A DNA stretch of 64,000 nucleotides from Auanema rhodensis (lineage: Eukaryota; Animalia; Nematoda): positions 10,850,001 to 10,914,000 of the forward strand of contig OZ059897.1 in the NCBI GenBank assembly GCA_964057225.1. The letters run 5' to 3'. Below are positions 12,701-27,150 of the stretch, in pieces; position 1 is the stretch's first letter, and each line of letters opens with the position of its first letter. Made by a program: the position numbers and the translations under genes. Under the pieces are notes generated by a model. The model did not search any database. It was not told the DNA's origin and saw only the letters and a program-made list of their open reading frames with translations.

Positions 12701-15700
12701 TGTTTTGAAATTTAAATGCTATAAAATTATTGCTTGCTTGTCATGTTAGATTTGTTTAATTCAAATACTTATTTAAATTCTAACAATTTTTGATTTAATC
12801 ACGTTCAATTAACTGTATTGTTTTCAAAAATAAAGACATCTTTCAATTTCTGGTCATTGAATTAGAATTTTCATGTTGTCACCCAGAAATTGAAGATTCT
12901 TAGTTCAATTCAGTAACAATGAACACACTAACTTTGTTAAGTTGTTGTGATATCGGCCCAAGTAATATAGTGGTTAGTACTCCACGTTGTGGCCGTGGCG
13001 ACACAGATTCGATTCCTGTCTTTGGCATTTTTTGTTTTGAAATTTAAATGCTATAAAATTATTGCTTGCTTGTCATGTTAGATTTGTTTAATTCAAATAC
13101 TTATTTAAATTCTAACAATTTTTGATTTAATCACGTTCAATTAACTGTATTGTTTTCAAAAATAAAGACATCTTTCAATTTCTGGTCATTGAATTAGAAT
13201 TTTCATGTTGTCACACAGGAAATGAAGAATCTTAGTTCATTTCAGTAACAATGAACACAATAATTTTGTTTAGTTTGTAATACCGGCCCAAGTAGTATAG
13301 TGGTTAGTACTCCACGTTGTGGCCGTGGCGACACAGGTTCGATTCCTGTCTTGGGCATTTTTTGTTTTGAAATTTAAATGCTATAAAATTATTGCTTGCT
13401 TGTCATGTTAGATTTGTTTAATTTAAATACTCATTTAAGTTCCAACAATTTTCGATTAAATCACGTTCATTTAACTGTATTGTTTTCAAAAATAAAGACA
13501 AAATTCAATTTCTGTTCATTGAATTAGAATTTTCATGTTGTCACACAGAAATTGAAGAATCTTAGTTCATTTCAGTAACAATGAACACACTAACTTTGTT
13601 AAGTTGTTGTAATATCGGCCCAAGTAGTATAGTGGTTAGTACTCCACGTTGTGGCCGTGGCGACACAGGTTCGATTCCTGTCTTGGGCATTTTTTGTTTT
13701 GAAATTTAAATGCTATGAAATTATTGCTTGCTTGTCATGTTAGATTTGTTTAATTTAAATACTTGTTTAAGTTCCAACAATTTTTGATTAAATCACGTTC
13801 AATTAACTGTATTGTTTTCAAAAATAAAGACATCTTTCAATTTCTGGTCATTGAATTAGAATTTTCATGTTGTCACACAGAAATTGAAGAATCTTAGTTC
13901 ATTTCAGTAACAATGAACACACTAACTTTGTTAAGTTGTTGTAATATCGGCCCAAGTAGTATAGTGATTAGTACTCCACGTTGTGGCCGTGGCGACACAG
14001 GTTCGATTCCTGTCTTGGGCATTTTTTGTTTTGAAATTTAAATGCTATAAAATTATTGCTCGCTTGTCATGTTAGATTTGTTTAATTCAAATACTTATTT
14101 AAGTTCTAACAATTTTTGATTTAATCACGTTCAATTAACTGTATTGTTTTCAAAAATAAAGACAAAATTCAATTTCTGTTCATTGAATTAGAATTTTCAT
14201 GTTGTCACCCAGAAATTGAAGATTCTTAGTTCATTTCAGTAACAATGAACACAATAATTTTGTTTAGTTTGTAATACCGGCCCAAGTAGTATAGTGGTTA
14301 GTACTCCACGTTGTGGCCGTGGCGACACAGGTTCGATTCCTGTCTTGGGCATTTTTTGTTTTGAAATTTAAATGCTATAAAATTATTGCTTGCTTGTCAT
14401 GTTAGATTTGTTTAATTTAAATACTTGTTTAAGTTCCAACAATTTTTGATTAAATCACGTTCAATTAACTGTATTGTTTTCAAAAATAAAGACATCTTTC
14501 AATTTCTGGTCATTGAATTAGAATTTTCATGTTGTCACACAGAAATTGAAGAATCTTAGTTCATTTCAGTAACAATGAACACACTAACTTTGTTAAGTTG
14601 TTGTAATATCGGCCCAAGTAGTATAGTGACTAGTACTCCACGTTGTGGCCGTGGCGACACAGGTTCGATTCCTGTCTTGGGCATTTTTTGTTTTGAAATT
14701 TAAATGCTATAAAATTATTGCTCGCTTGTCATGTTAGATTTGTTTAATTCAAATACTTATTTAAGTTCTAACAATTTTTGATTTAATCACGTTCAATTAA
14801 CTGTATTGTTTTCAAAAATAAAGACAAAATTCAATTTCTGTTCATTGAATTAGAATTTTCATGTTGTCACCCAGAAATTGAAGATTCTTAGTTCAATTCA
14901 GTAACAATGAACACACTAACTTTGTTAAGTTGTTGTGATATCGGCCCAAGTAATATAGTGGTTAGTACTCCACGTTGTGGCCGTGGCGACACAGATTCGA
15001 TTCCTGTCTTTGGCATTTTTTGTTTTGAAATTTAAATGCTATAAAATTATTGCTTGCTTGTCATGTTAGATTTGTTTAATTCAAATACTTATTTAAATTC
15101 TAACAATTTTTGATTTAATCACGTTCAATTAACTGTATTGTTTTCAAAAATAAAGACATCTTTCAATTTCTGGTCATTGAATTAGAATTTTCATGTTGTC
15201 ACACAGGAAATGAAGAATCTTAGTTCATTTCAGTAACAATGAACACAATAATTTTGTTTAGTTTGTAATACCGGCCCAAGTAGTATAGTGGTTAGTACTC
15301 CACGTTGTGGCCGTGGCGACACAGGTTCGATTCCTGTCTTGGGCATTTTTTGTTTTGAAATTTAAATGCTATAAAATTATTGCTTGCTTGTCATGTTAGA
15401 TTTGTTTAATTTAAATACTTGTTTAAGTTCCAACAATTTTTGATTAAATCACGTTCAATTAACTGTATTGTTTTCAAAAATAAAGACATCTTTCAATTTC
15501 TGGTCATTGAATTAGAATTTTCATGTTGTCACACAGAAATTGAAGAATCTTAGTTCATTTCAGTAACAATGAACACACTAACTTTGTTAAGTTGTTGTAA
15601 TATCGGCCCAAGTAGTATAGTGATTAGTACTCCACGTTGTGGCCGTGGCGACACAGGTTCGATTCCTGTCTTGGGCATTTTTTGTTTTGAAATTTAAATG

Positions 15701-18700
15701 CTATAAAATTATTGCTCGCTTGTCATGTTAGATTTGTTTAATTCAAATACTTATTTAAGTTCTAACAATTTTTGATTTAATCACGTTCAATTAACTGTAT
15801 TGTTTTCAAAAATAAAGACAAAATTCAATTTCTGTTCATTGAATTAGAATTTTCATGTTGTCACCCAGAAATTGAAGATTCTTAGTTCAATTCAGTAACA
15901 ATGAACACACTAACTTTGTTAAGTTGTTGTGATATCGGCCCAAGTAATATAGTGGTTAGTACTCCACGTTGTGGCCGTGGCGACACAGATTCGATTCCTG
16001 TCTTTGGCATTTTTTGTTTTGAAATTAAAATGCTACAAAATTATTGCTTGCTTGTCATGTTAGATTTGTTTAATTCAAATACTTATTTAAGTTCTAACAA
16101 TTATCGATTTAATCACGTTCAATCAACTGTATTGTTTTCAAAAATAAAGACATCTTTCAATTTCTGGTCATTGAATTAGAATTTTCATGTTGTCACACAG
16201 AAATTGAAGAATCTTAGTTCAATTCAGTAACAATGAACACACTAACTTTGTTAAGTTGTTGTAATATCGGCCCAAGTAGTATAGTGATTAGTACTCCACG
16301 TTGTGGCCGTGGCGACACAGGTTCGATTCCTGTCTTGGGCATTTTTTGTTTTGAAATTTAAATGCTATAAAATTATTGCTCGCTTGTCATGTTAGATTTG
16401 TTTAATTCAAATACTTATTTAAGTTCTAACAATTTTTGATTTAATCACGTTCAATTAACTGTATTGTTTTCAAAAATAAAGACAAAATTCAATTTCTGTT
16501 CATTGAATTAGAATTTTCATGTTGTCACCCAGAAATTGAAGATTCTTAGTTCAATTCAGTAACAATGAACACACTAACTTTGTTAAGTTGTTGTGATATC
16601 GGCCCAAGTAATATAGTGGTTAGTACTCCACGTTGTGGCCGTGGCGACACAGATTCGATTCCTGTCTTTGGCATTTTTTGTTTTGAAATTTAAATGCTAT
16701 AAAATTATTGCTTGCTTGTCATGTTAGATTTGTTTAATTCAAATACTTATTTAAATTCTAACAATTTTTGATTTAATCACGTTCAATTAACTGTATTGTT
16801 TTCAAAAATAAAGACATCTTTCAATTTCTGGTCATTGAATTAGAATTTTCATGTTGTCACACAGGAAATGAAGAATCTTAGTTCATTTCAGTAACAATGA
16901 ACACAATAATTTTGTTTAGTTTGTAATACCGGCCCAAGTAGTATAGTGGTTAGTACTCCACGTTGTGGCCGTGGCGACACAGGTTCGATTCCTGTCTTGG
17001 GCATTTTTTGTTTTGAAATTTAAATGCTATAAAATTATTGCTTGCTTGTCATGTTAGATTTGTTTAATTTAAATACTCATTTAAGTTCCAACAATTTTCG
17101 ATTAAATCACGTTCATTTAACTGTATTGTTTTCAAAAATAAAGACAAAATTCAATTTCTGTTCATTGAATTAGAATTTTCATGTTGTCACACAGAAATTG
17201 AAGAATCTTAGTTCATTTCAGTAACAATGAACACACTAACTTTGTTAAGTTGTTGTAATATCGGCCCAAGTAGTATAGTGGTTAGTACTCCACGTTGTGG
17301 CCGTGGCGACACAGGTTCGATTCCTGTCTTGGGCATTTTTTGTTTTGAAATTTAAATGCTATGAAATTATTGCTTGCTTGTCATGTTAGATTTGTTTAAT
17401 TTAAATACTTGTTTAAGTTCCAACAATTTTTGATTAAATCACGTTCAATTAACTGTATTGTTTTCAAAAATAAAGACATCTTTCAATTTCTGGTCATTGA
17501 ATTAGAATTTTCATGTTGTCACACAGAAATTGAAGAATCTTAGTTCATTTCAGTAACAATGAACACACTAACTTTGTTAAGTTGTTGTAATATCGGCCCA
17601 AGTAGTATAGTGATTAGTACTCCACGTTGTGGCCGTGGCGACACAGGTTCGATTCCTGTCTTGGGCATTTTTTGTTTTGAAATTTAAATGCTATAAAATT
17701 ATTGCTCGCTTGTCATGTTAGATTTGTTTAATTCAAATACTTATTTAAGTTCTAACAATTTTTGATTTAATCACGTTCAATTAACTGTATTGTTTTCAAA
17801 AATAAAGACAAAATTCAATTTCTGTTCATTGAATTAGAATTTTCATGTTGTCACCCAGAAATTGAAGATTCTTAGTTCATTTCAGTAACAATGAACACAA
17901 TAATTTTGTTTAGTTTGTAATACCGGCCCAAGTAGTATAGTGGTTAGTACTCCACGTTGTGGCCGTGGCGACACAGGTTCGATTCCTGTCTTGGGCATTT
18001 TTTGTTTTGAAATTTAAATGCTATAAAATTATTGCTTGCTTGTCATGTTAGATTTGTTTAATTTAAATACTTGTTTAAGTTCCAACAATTTTTGATTAAA
18101 TCACGTTCAATTAACTGTATTGTTTTCAAAAATAAAGACATCTTTCAATTTCTGGTCATTGAATTAGAATTTTCATGTTGTCACACAGAAATTGAAGAAT
18201 CTTAGTTCATTTCAGTAACAATGAACACACTAACTTTGTTAAGTTGTTGTAATATCGGCCCAAGTAGTATAGTGACTAGTACTCCACGTTGTGGCCGTGG
18301 CGACACAGGTTCGATTCCTGTCTTGGGCATTTTTTGTTTTGAAATTTAAATGCTATAAAATTATTGCTCGCTTGTCATGTTAGATTTGTTTAATTCAAAT
18401 ACTTATTTAAGTTCTAACAATTTTTGATTTAATCACGTTCAATTAACTGTATTGTTTTCAAAAATAAAGACAAAATTCAATTTCTGTTCATTGAATTAGA
18501 ATTTTCATGTTGTCACCCAGAAATTGAAGATTCTTAGTTCAATTCAGTAACAATGAACACACTAACTTTGTTAAGTTGTTGTGATATCGGCCCAAGTAAT
18601 ATAGTGGTTAGTACTCCACGTTGTGGCCGTGGCGACACAGATTCGATTCCTGTCTTTGGCATTTTTTGTTTTGAAATTTAAATGCTATAAAATTATTGCT

Positions 18701-21700
18701 TGCTTGTCATGTTAGATTTGTTTAATTCAAATACTTATTTAAATTCTAACAATTTTTGATTTAATCACGTTCAATTAACTGTATTGTTTTCAAAAATAAA
18801 GACATCTTTCAATTTCTGGTCATTGAATTAGAATTTTCATGTTGTCACACAGGAAATGAAGAATCTTAGTTCATTTCAGTAACAATGAACACAATAATTT
18901 TGTTTAGTTTGTAATACCGGCCCAAGTAGTATAGTGGTTAGTACTCCACGTTGTGGCCGTGGCGACACAGGTTCGATTCCTGTCTTGGGCATTTTTTGTT
19001 TTGAAATTTAAATGCTATAAAATTATTGCTTGCTTGTCATGTTAGATTTGTTTAATTTAAATACTTGTTTAAGTTCCAACAATTTTTGATTAAATCACGT
19101 TCAATTAACTGTATTGTTTTCAAAAATAAAGACATCTTTCAATTTCTGGTCATTGAATTAGAATTTTCATGTTGTCACACAGAAATTGAAGAATCTTAGT
19201 TCATTTCAGTAACAATGAACACACTAACTTTGTTAAGTTGTTGTAATATCGGCCCAAGTAGTATAGTGATTAGTACTCCACGTTGTGGCCGTGGCGACAC
19301 AGGTTCGATTCCTGTCTTGGGCATTTTTTGTTTTGAAATTTAAATGCTATAAAATTATTGCTCGCTTGTCATGTTAGATTTGTTTAATTCAAATACTTAT
19401 TTAAGTTCTAACAATTTTTGATTTAATCACGTTCAATTAACTGTATTGTTTTCAAAAATAAAGACAAAATTCAATTTCTGTTCATTGAATTAGAATTTTC
19501 ATGTTGTCACCCAGAAATTGAAGATTCTTAGTTCAATTCAGTAACAATGAACACACTAACTTTGTTAAGTTGTTGTGATATCGGCCCAAGTAATATAGTG
19601 GTTAGTACTCCACGTTGTGGCCGTGGCGACACAGATTCGATTCCTGTCTTTGGCATTTTTTGTTTTGAAATTAAAATGCTACAAAATTATTGCTTGCTTG
19701 TCATGTTAGATTTGTTTAATTCAAATACTTATTTAAGTTCTAACAATTATCGATTTAATCACGTTCAATCAACTGTATTGTTTTCAAAAATAAAGACATC
19801 TTTCAATTTCTGGTCATTGAATTAGAATTTTCATGTTGTCACACAGAAATTGAAGAATCTTAGTTCAATTCAGTAACAATGAACACACTAACTTTGTTAA
19901 GTTGTTGTAATATCGGCCCAAGTAGTATAGTGATTAGTACTCCACGTTGTGGCCGTGGCGACACAGGTTCGATTCCTGTCTTGGGCATTTTTTGTTTTGA
20001 AATTTAAATGCTATAAAATTATTGCTCGCTTGTCATGTTAGATTTGTTTAATTCAAATACTTATTTAAGTTCTAACAATTTTTGATTTAATCACGTTCAA
20101 TTAACTGTATTGTTTTCAAAAATAAAGACAAAATTCAATTTCTGTTCATTGAATTAGAATTTTCATGTTGTCACCCAGAAATTGAAGATTCTTAGTTCAA
20201 TTCAGTAACAATGAACACACTAACTTTGTTAAGTTGTTGTGATATCGGCCCAAGTAATATAGTGGTTAGTACTCCACGTTGTGGCCGTGGCGACACAGAT
20301 TCGATTCCTGTCTTTGGCATTTTTTGTTTTGAAATTTAAATGCTATAAAATTATTGCTTGCTTGTCATGTTAGATTTGTTTAATTCAAATACTTATTTAA
20401 ATTCTAACAATTTTTGATTTAATCACGTTCAATTAACTGTATTGTTTTCAAAAATAAAGACATCTTTCAATTTCTGGTCATTGAATTAGAATTTTCATGT
20501 TGTCACACAGGAAATGAAGAATCTTAGTTCATTTCAGTAACAATGAACACAATAATTTTGTTTAGTTTGTAATACCGGCCCAAGTAGTATAGTGGTTAGT
20601 ACTCCACGTTGTGGCCGTGGCGACACAGGTTCGATTCCTGTCTTGGGCATTTTTTGTTTTGAAATTTAAATGCTATAAAATTATTGCTTGCTTGTCATGT
20701 TAGATTTGTTTAATTTAAATACTTGTTTAAGTTCCAACAATTTTTGATTAAATCACGTTCAATTAACTGTATTGTTTTCAAAAATAAAGACATCTTTCAA
20801 TTTCTGGTCATTGAATTAGAATTTTCATGTTGTCACACAGAAATTGAAGAATCTTAGTTCATTTCAGTAACAATGAACACACTAACTTTGTTAAGTTGTT
20901 GTAATATCGGCCCAAGTAGTATAGTGATTAGTACTCCACGTTGTGGCCGTGGCGACACAGGTTCGATTCCTGTCTTGGGCATTTTTTGTTTGGAAATTTA
21001 AATGCTATAAAATTATTGCTCGCTTGTCATGTTAGATTTGTTTAATTCAAATACTTATTTAAGTTCTAACAATTTTTGATTTAATCACGTTCAATTAACT
21101 GTATTGTTTTCAAAAATAAAGACAAAATTCAATTTCTGTTCATTGAATTAGAATTTTCATGTTGTCACCCAGAAATTGAAGATTCTTAGTTCAATTCAGT
21201 AACAATGAACACACTAACTTTGTTAAGTTGTTGTGATATCGGCCCAAGTAATATAGTGGTTAGTACTCCACGTTGTGGCCGTGGCGACACAGATTCGATT
21301 CCTGTCTTTGGCATTTTTTGTTTTGAAATTAAAATGCTACAAAATTATTGCTTGCTTGTCATGTTAGATTTGTTTAATTCAAATACTTATTTAAGTTCTA
21401 ACAATTATCGATTTAATCACGTTCAATCAACTGTATTGTTTTCAAAAATAAAGACATCTTTCAATTTCTGGTCATTGAATTAGAATTTTCATGTTGTCAC
21501 ACAGAAATTGAAGAATCTTAGTTCAATTCAGTAACAATGAACACACTAACTTTGTTAAGTTGTTGTAATATCGGCCCAAGTAGTATAGTGGTTAGTACTC
21601 CACGTTGTGGCCGTGGCGACACAGATTCGATTCCTGTTTTGGGCATTTTTTGTTTTGAAATTTAAATGCTATAAACATATTGCTTGCTTGTCATGTTAGA

Positions 21701-23553
21701 TTTGTTTAATTCAAATACTTATTTAAGTTCTATCAATTTTCGATTAAAACACGTTCAATCAACTGTATTGTTTTCAAAAATAAAGACATCTTTCAATTTC
21801 TGGTCATTGAATTAGAATTTCCATGTTGTCACACAGAAATTGAAGAATCTTAGTTCATTTCAGTAACAATGAACACACTAACTTTGTTAAGTTGTTGTAA
21901 TATCGGCCCAAGTAGTATAGTGGTTAGTACTCCACGTTGTGGCCGTGGCGACACAGGTTCGATTCCTGTCTTGGGCATTTTTTGTTTTGAAATTAAAATG
22001 CTATAAAATTATTGCTTGCTTGTCTTGTTAGATTTGTTTAATTCAAATACTTATTTAAGTTCTAACAATTTTCGATTTAATCACGTTCAATCAACTGTAT
22101 TGTTTTCAAAAATAAAGACATCTTTCAATTTCTGGTCATTGAATTAGAATTTTCATGTTGTCACACAGAAATTGAAGAATCTTAGTTCATTTCAGTAACA
22201 ATGAACACACTAACTTTGTTAAGTTGTTGTAATATTGGCCCAAGTAGTATAGTGGTTAGTACTCCACGTTGTGGCCGTGGCGACACAGATTCGATTCCTG
22301 TCTTGGGCATTTTTTGTTTTGAAATTAAAGTGCTATAAACATATTGCTTGCTTGTCATGTTAGATTTGTTTAATTCAAATACTTATTTAAGTTCTATCAA
22401 TTTTCGATTTAATTACGTTCAATCAACTGTATTGTTTTCAAAAATAAAGACATCTTTCAATTTCTGGTCATTGAATTAGAATTTTCATGTTGTCACACAG
22501 AAATTGAAGAATCTTAGTTCATTTCAGTAACAATAAACACACTAACTTTGTTAAGTTGTTGTAATATCGGCCCAAGTAGTATAGTGGTTAGTACACCACG
22601 TTGTGGCCGTGGCGACACAGGTTCGATTCCTGTCTTGGGCATTTTTTGTTTTGAAATTTAAATGCTATAAAATTATTGCTTGCTTGTCATGTTAGATTTG
22701 TTTAATTCAAATACTTATTTAAGTTCCAACGATTTTCGATTAAATCACGTTCATTTAACTGTATTGTTTTCAAAAATAAAGACAAAATTCAATTTCTGTT
22801 CGTTGAATTAGAATTTTCATGTTGTCACACAGAAATTGAAGAATCTTAGTTCAATTCAGTAACAACGAACACACTAACTTTGTTAAGTTGTTGTAATATC
22901 GGCCCAAGTAATATAGTGGTTAGTACTCCACGTTGTGGCCGTGGCGACACAGGTTCGATTCCTGTCTTGGGCATTTTTTGTTTTGAAATTTAAATGCTAT
23001 GAAATTATTGCTTGCTTGTCATGTTAGATTTGTTTAATTTAAATACTTATTTAAATTCCAACAATTTTCGATTAAATCACGTTCAATTAACTGTATTGTT
23101 TTCAAAAATAAAGACAAAATTCAATTTCTGTTCATTGAATTAGAATTGTCATGTTGTCACACAGAAATTGAAGAATCTTAGTTCATTTCAGTAACAATGA
23201 ACACACTAACTTTGTTAAGTTGTTGTGATATCGGCCCAAGTAGTATAGTGGTTAGTACTCCACGTTGTGGCCGTGGCGACACAGGTTCGATTCCTGTCTT
23301 GGGCATTTTTTGTTTTGAAATTTAAATGCTATGAAATTATTGCTTGCTTATCATGTTAGATTTGTTTAATTCAAATACTTATTTAAGTTCTAACAATTTT
23401 TGATTTAATCACGTTGAATTAACTGTATTGTTTTCAAAAATAAAGACATCTTTCAATTTCTGGTCATTGAATTAGAATTTTCATGTTGTCACACAGGAAA
23501 TGAAGAATCTTAGTTGATTTCAGTAACAATGAACACAATAATTTTGTTTAGTT

Positions 23554-23849
23554 TGTCGCTTCGGCGAAGGTATTCGGTTGTGGGTATTCCGCTGAGAATT
23601 AATAGAACAGATAGTCAGTGGTAGAATGCTTTATTAAAGAATTAACAATTCAACAAATAATAGATCGTCTATAGTCCGTTGAGCTTTGGTTGAGGTATAT
23701 CGTATTTTCCGATCCCAAGGATGAAGATATGGGAAGGCGGGCCGAAAAGTACAATCTGAAATAGACAAAGTAAAGGAAAACGATAAAAACAAAACTGAAA
23801 TGGAACAAAACATAGAAAAAAGGATAAAAAATAATCGCTAACCGCGACA
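23554..23849 (-). repeat. 3' LTR (296 bp) of copy 1
   Basis: TGTCGC...GCGACA termini; matches 54670-54965. Confidence 0.95.
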
Positions 23850-23861
23850 CTGCCGCCGCAG

Positions 23862-24347
23862 CTAAGCCATTGGCCTTTTGCGACGTTGTCCGTCGCATAA
23901 TGACCCATGATGCTTATCAGAGTTGCATTTGTAGCAGTTAGTGCTACAGGGATGCTCGTGTAGAGCCGATAAGCATCGTAAGCATAATTTCAATTGATGA
24001 GCGCGGATTCCACGCTCCATAACAGATGAATAGATGGGACAATTGCCTGTGCGGTGACCATCAGTAGTCACCTGATCGCAAAATAGGCAAGTTTTCGTTG
24101 GTTGCGTTTGTAATCGAATCAAATTCTGATTTTCATTCAGAATTTTCATAGCTTCAGAAATGATTCTGAAGTGATTGTCCAAATACTCACTCATGTATTG
24201 GAACTTTCGATTTAAACAATTTTCAACGAGAACAAGAGTTCGAATAGAGGTAGGAAGGTTAGAATAGGAAGGATCTTTCAATTCTTCCTCAAAAGATGGT
24301 TCATTATGAACTGTAATAGAATGTTCAATGTTAAAATCTTCTATCAA
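23862..24347 (-). CDS. Accessory triple zinc-knuckle (nucleocapsid-like) ORF, copy 1
   Basis: CLFC-X7-H-X4-C, CLRC-X4-H-X3-C, CYKC-X4-H-X4-C. The track start is TTG; the first ATG is codon 52. Confidence 0.75.
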   Translation of the reverse strand: MIEDFNIEHSITVHNEPSFEEELKDPSYSNLPTSIRTLVLVENCLNRKFQYMSEYLDNHFRIISEAMKILNENQNLIRLQTQPTKTCLFCDQVTTDGHRTGNCPIYSSVMERGIRAHQLKLCLRCLSALHEHPCSTNCYKCNSDKHHGSLCDGQRRKRPMA

Positions 24348-27150
24348 AACAAAGATTTCTAAGAATAAAGAAAAACTTGGTTGTTGTATCTTTTATGATT
24401 TTTATAGTACGGAAAGCTGTGATCAAGAAAAAATAAATGGCTGGAGTACAACCTAGGTATCCCAAAAAACATATGAGGATCAGAAAAACAACGCAGATTA
24501 AAAACATCATCCAGTGTTCTTTAAAAAGTTTCAAAAAAGGAATTATGTCAGGTATTATAACTGAATTCTGATTTGAATGAATTTCATTAGGTTCACTAGT
24601 AGATGAATTAAAATATAGTTGTCCCGTTACAATTATATCAATTTTTTCATGATTACATTTAGTATGACAAACTTCATTTATAATTGAATTATCTCTTTTA
24701 ATATTGATATTTGTAATTTCATTGAAGGGTGAACATTTAATCATGAATACATCTTTTGAACACTCGATCGGTATTCATGTTTCTTTAGATGACATACAAG
24801 AAAACAATGCAGATGCACCCTACCCACAAAAATAACATCCGGAGAGACTGATCAATAAGGGACGACAAGGTATATCATAGGAAAATGTATTACTGTCATA
24901 TAAAAGTTCAGAATCAATTGAAACTGTAGTTTCATCAGACTGAGTTCGAAAAGTTAAGGATGTATCGGGTTTATAGATTGTTTCCGTGTTTGCCACATAC
25001 GGAGGTAAAATATGAGAAAAATGTGTGAAATTATGTTGTGGACATATACAGCCAGCAACATCGTTATTGATTTTGTTACAAGTACAATCGATAACCGTTG
25101 TACATCTTGAAAAATTGTCGGAAGTGTCTGCCTTCGAAATACATTGTACCATAAATGGAAAATGTGGTTCAACAGCAAAGATTTGATTGTTTGAAGCAAC
25201 AAAATAATAATTATGAAGTGGAGTAGGAGGTTTGTCTTGTGTATTGATCGTCATATTGAAAAAAGAGTAATTCATCTTCAAATATGGTGGAATTGTGATA
25301 TTATAAATATTTTTATCTTTAACAATATGTGTTGTAATTTCAAAAGTTGAAGATGTTGTCCAATCTTCACATTTAAATACTTCAAATATGTCGTCCGAAG
25401 TAGGTACATGTTCTAATTTGTAGAAAAGACAAGGGTTTTCCCAAAATGTCAAACAACGCCATATATGTGCTGAAGATCGGACACATTTGGATTGTGTTGG
25501 ATAATTATATGGTTCGAATTCAGAAATACGAGAGCGATGATTCATAGTTTCACAAGTTTGATCACAAGATCCCATATGAGCACATCGAAAATCAACGGTT
25601 AGTTTAGGCAAAGTAGCCTTTGTAAAAAATTTTGTGGTTTTCTTACATTCAAAACTTGTATATAATTTTCGAATTTGAATATAACCAATAGAATGATTTT
25701 TAAATTTTATATCCAGGCATAAATCTTTAACTCCAGGAGAAAAAACTATTTGATCACTATATTGGTGATAACATTGAGTACGATTCAGACAATGTGTAGA
25801 AACTGAATGAATAACGTGATGATCGGTACAAGCAGTAGCATTATTGATAAAAAATATTGTAAGTATACTGATAATTGATAATCGAGAACCTCTTTTCCAA
25901 AATAGAGGATATAATTTAGGTTCTATATGTGGAATATTCTCAGATGAAATTGGAGGAGGTTCAATAACTCCTAATTCGATATCATTCTGTTCCGGAGTAT
26001 GAGGTCTATATGTGAAAAAAGAAGATATGTAACGAATAGTATTAGACCAGGAATTATATCGATATTGATGGAATCCTATGCGTATACAACAACAAAAGAT
26101 GCCAAATAAACAACAAAGTGGTAAGAACAATGACCACATGGCAAGATGAGGAGCACAATGTGGGTTTCCAAGCAAATGTATGGATAAAAACTTTGCCTCA
26201 TCACATACTACAGAATTTACAGATGCTACGGGTAAAAATATCGATATTATTGTAAAAATTAAAATTGCAGACGTCATTGCTGATTTGAAATTCTTTCGCG
26301 AAGCGTATGTGATGTGATTCCGTAAAGGTAAGGTGCGAACACGGTTTGCGTTTGTTTCAGTAGATGGTTTTACGTCGTTTTGGTCAATGGTAGGCAAAAT
26401 TATGGTTTGTTTTGCTTTACTTGTGTTTTTCTTTTGTAATTTTTTACGATTATCGTCAGGCGTATGACCTGGACCCCATAATTGTAATTCAGCTTCTTCC
26501 TCAAGGATCGGATTATGTATCGAAGAAATTTTGGACGTAGGTATGTAAATTTTTTGAGGATTATTAATATCTATTGGTTCAGGACATGTAACCACATTGT
26601 TCGTTTCATGGATTGAAGGTACAGGTGAGTTTGATCTTATAATATATTCCTGTATTGGTTGAGCATCAAGGTTCATCATATCCGAAGCAGATCCTACCTT
26701 CAAAGACAATGAAGTGTCTTCGGAAGGAGTAGATTGAGGAATTGATGTCATATCAGGTAAAACACTTCGTAATTCAAGTGGATATAGATGATTTAAGGAA
26801 CGAGATATGATGTTCCCAGCTGGAGTGAGAACTTTAGCTGTACGAATGAATCCATCAGAACTACTTATAAGTTCTGTGATTCGACCAAGTTTCCATTGAC
26901 CACGAGGTGAGTTATCATTATGTATAACTACAATTTCACCAATATTAGGTTTATTGGCATTTGCTGAAGGTTGTTTTCGGGAATGTTTGTATATATCACG
27001 AATATATATCAAATATTCTGTTTGAAATTTATCCCAAAACATCGTAGCTGCATCAGAAGTAAGTTGTAAAGTTTCTAATGCTTGTTCAACGTTTTGTATT
27101 ACAGGAATATCAATAGAATTATTATAAACTTGAGAACCACAATTATCCGG
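24331..27150 (-). pseudogene. env: Integrase C-terminus fused to phlebovirus-like envelope, with two in-frame stops (TAG at 24820, TGA at about 24775)
   Basis: FWDKFQTEYL...PRGQWKLGRI...SLNHLYPLE (BEL/Pao integrase tail) runs in frame into a signal peptide and TM, then Gc motifs RCAHMGSC, CLFYK, EVFKCEDW, LSGCYFC. ORF 24331-24744 is the same frame and supplies the TM anchor. Confidence 0.88.

Larger units (their letters stand above)
1..23553 (+). repeat. Tandem tRNA-His(GTG) gene array, segment A (about 71 units of 330-332 bp)
   Basis: tRNA starts recur at 23, 355, 687, 1019, 1350, 1680 ... 23234. Each unit is a 72-nt tRNA, a T6 run and about 255 bp of AT-rich spacer. The count is estimated from span divided by period. 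Confidence 0.98.
23554..27150 (-). mobile_element. BEL/Pao LTR retrotransposon, 5'-truncated copy 1 (integrase C-terminus, env, zinc-knuckle ORF, 3' LTR)
   Basis: Starts TGTCGC after TAGTT and is near-identical to 46470-49898. Ends abruptly at ...TATCCGG, joined to array spacer TTAAATGCTA, with no second LTR or TSD. Confidence 0.95.

Noticed and set aside
1-23553. CRISPR-like repeat/spacer appearance
   Set aside because: Spacers are near-identical and about 260 bp, the repeat is a tRNA, no cas genes are present, and the context is eukaryotic.
23650-23908. 79-93 aa hydrophobic ORFs over the LTRs (also 29802, 46566, 54766, 56420)
   Set aside because: They result from the T-rich U3 strand and cross LTR or array boundaries.
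24954-25202. Alternate-frame or antisense ORFs inside env and pol (also 31106, 47870, 51925, 52897)
   Set aside because: Shadows of the main frame with no motifs.
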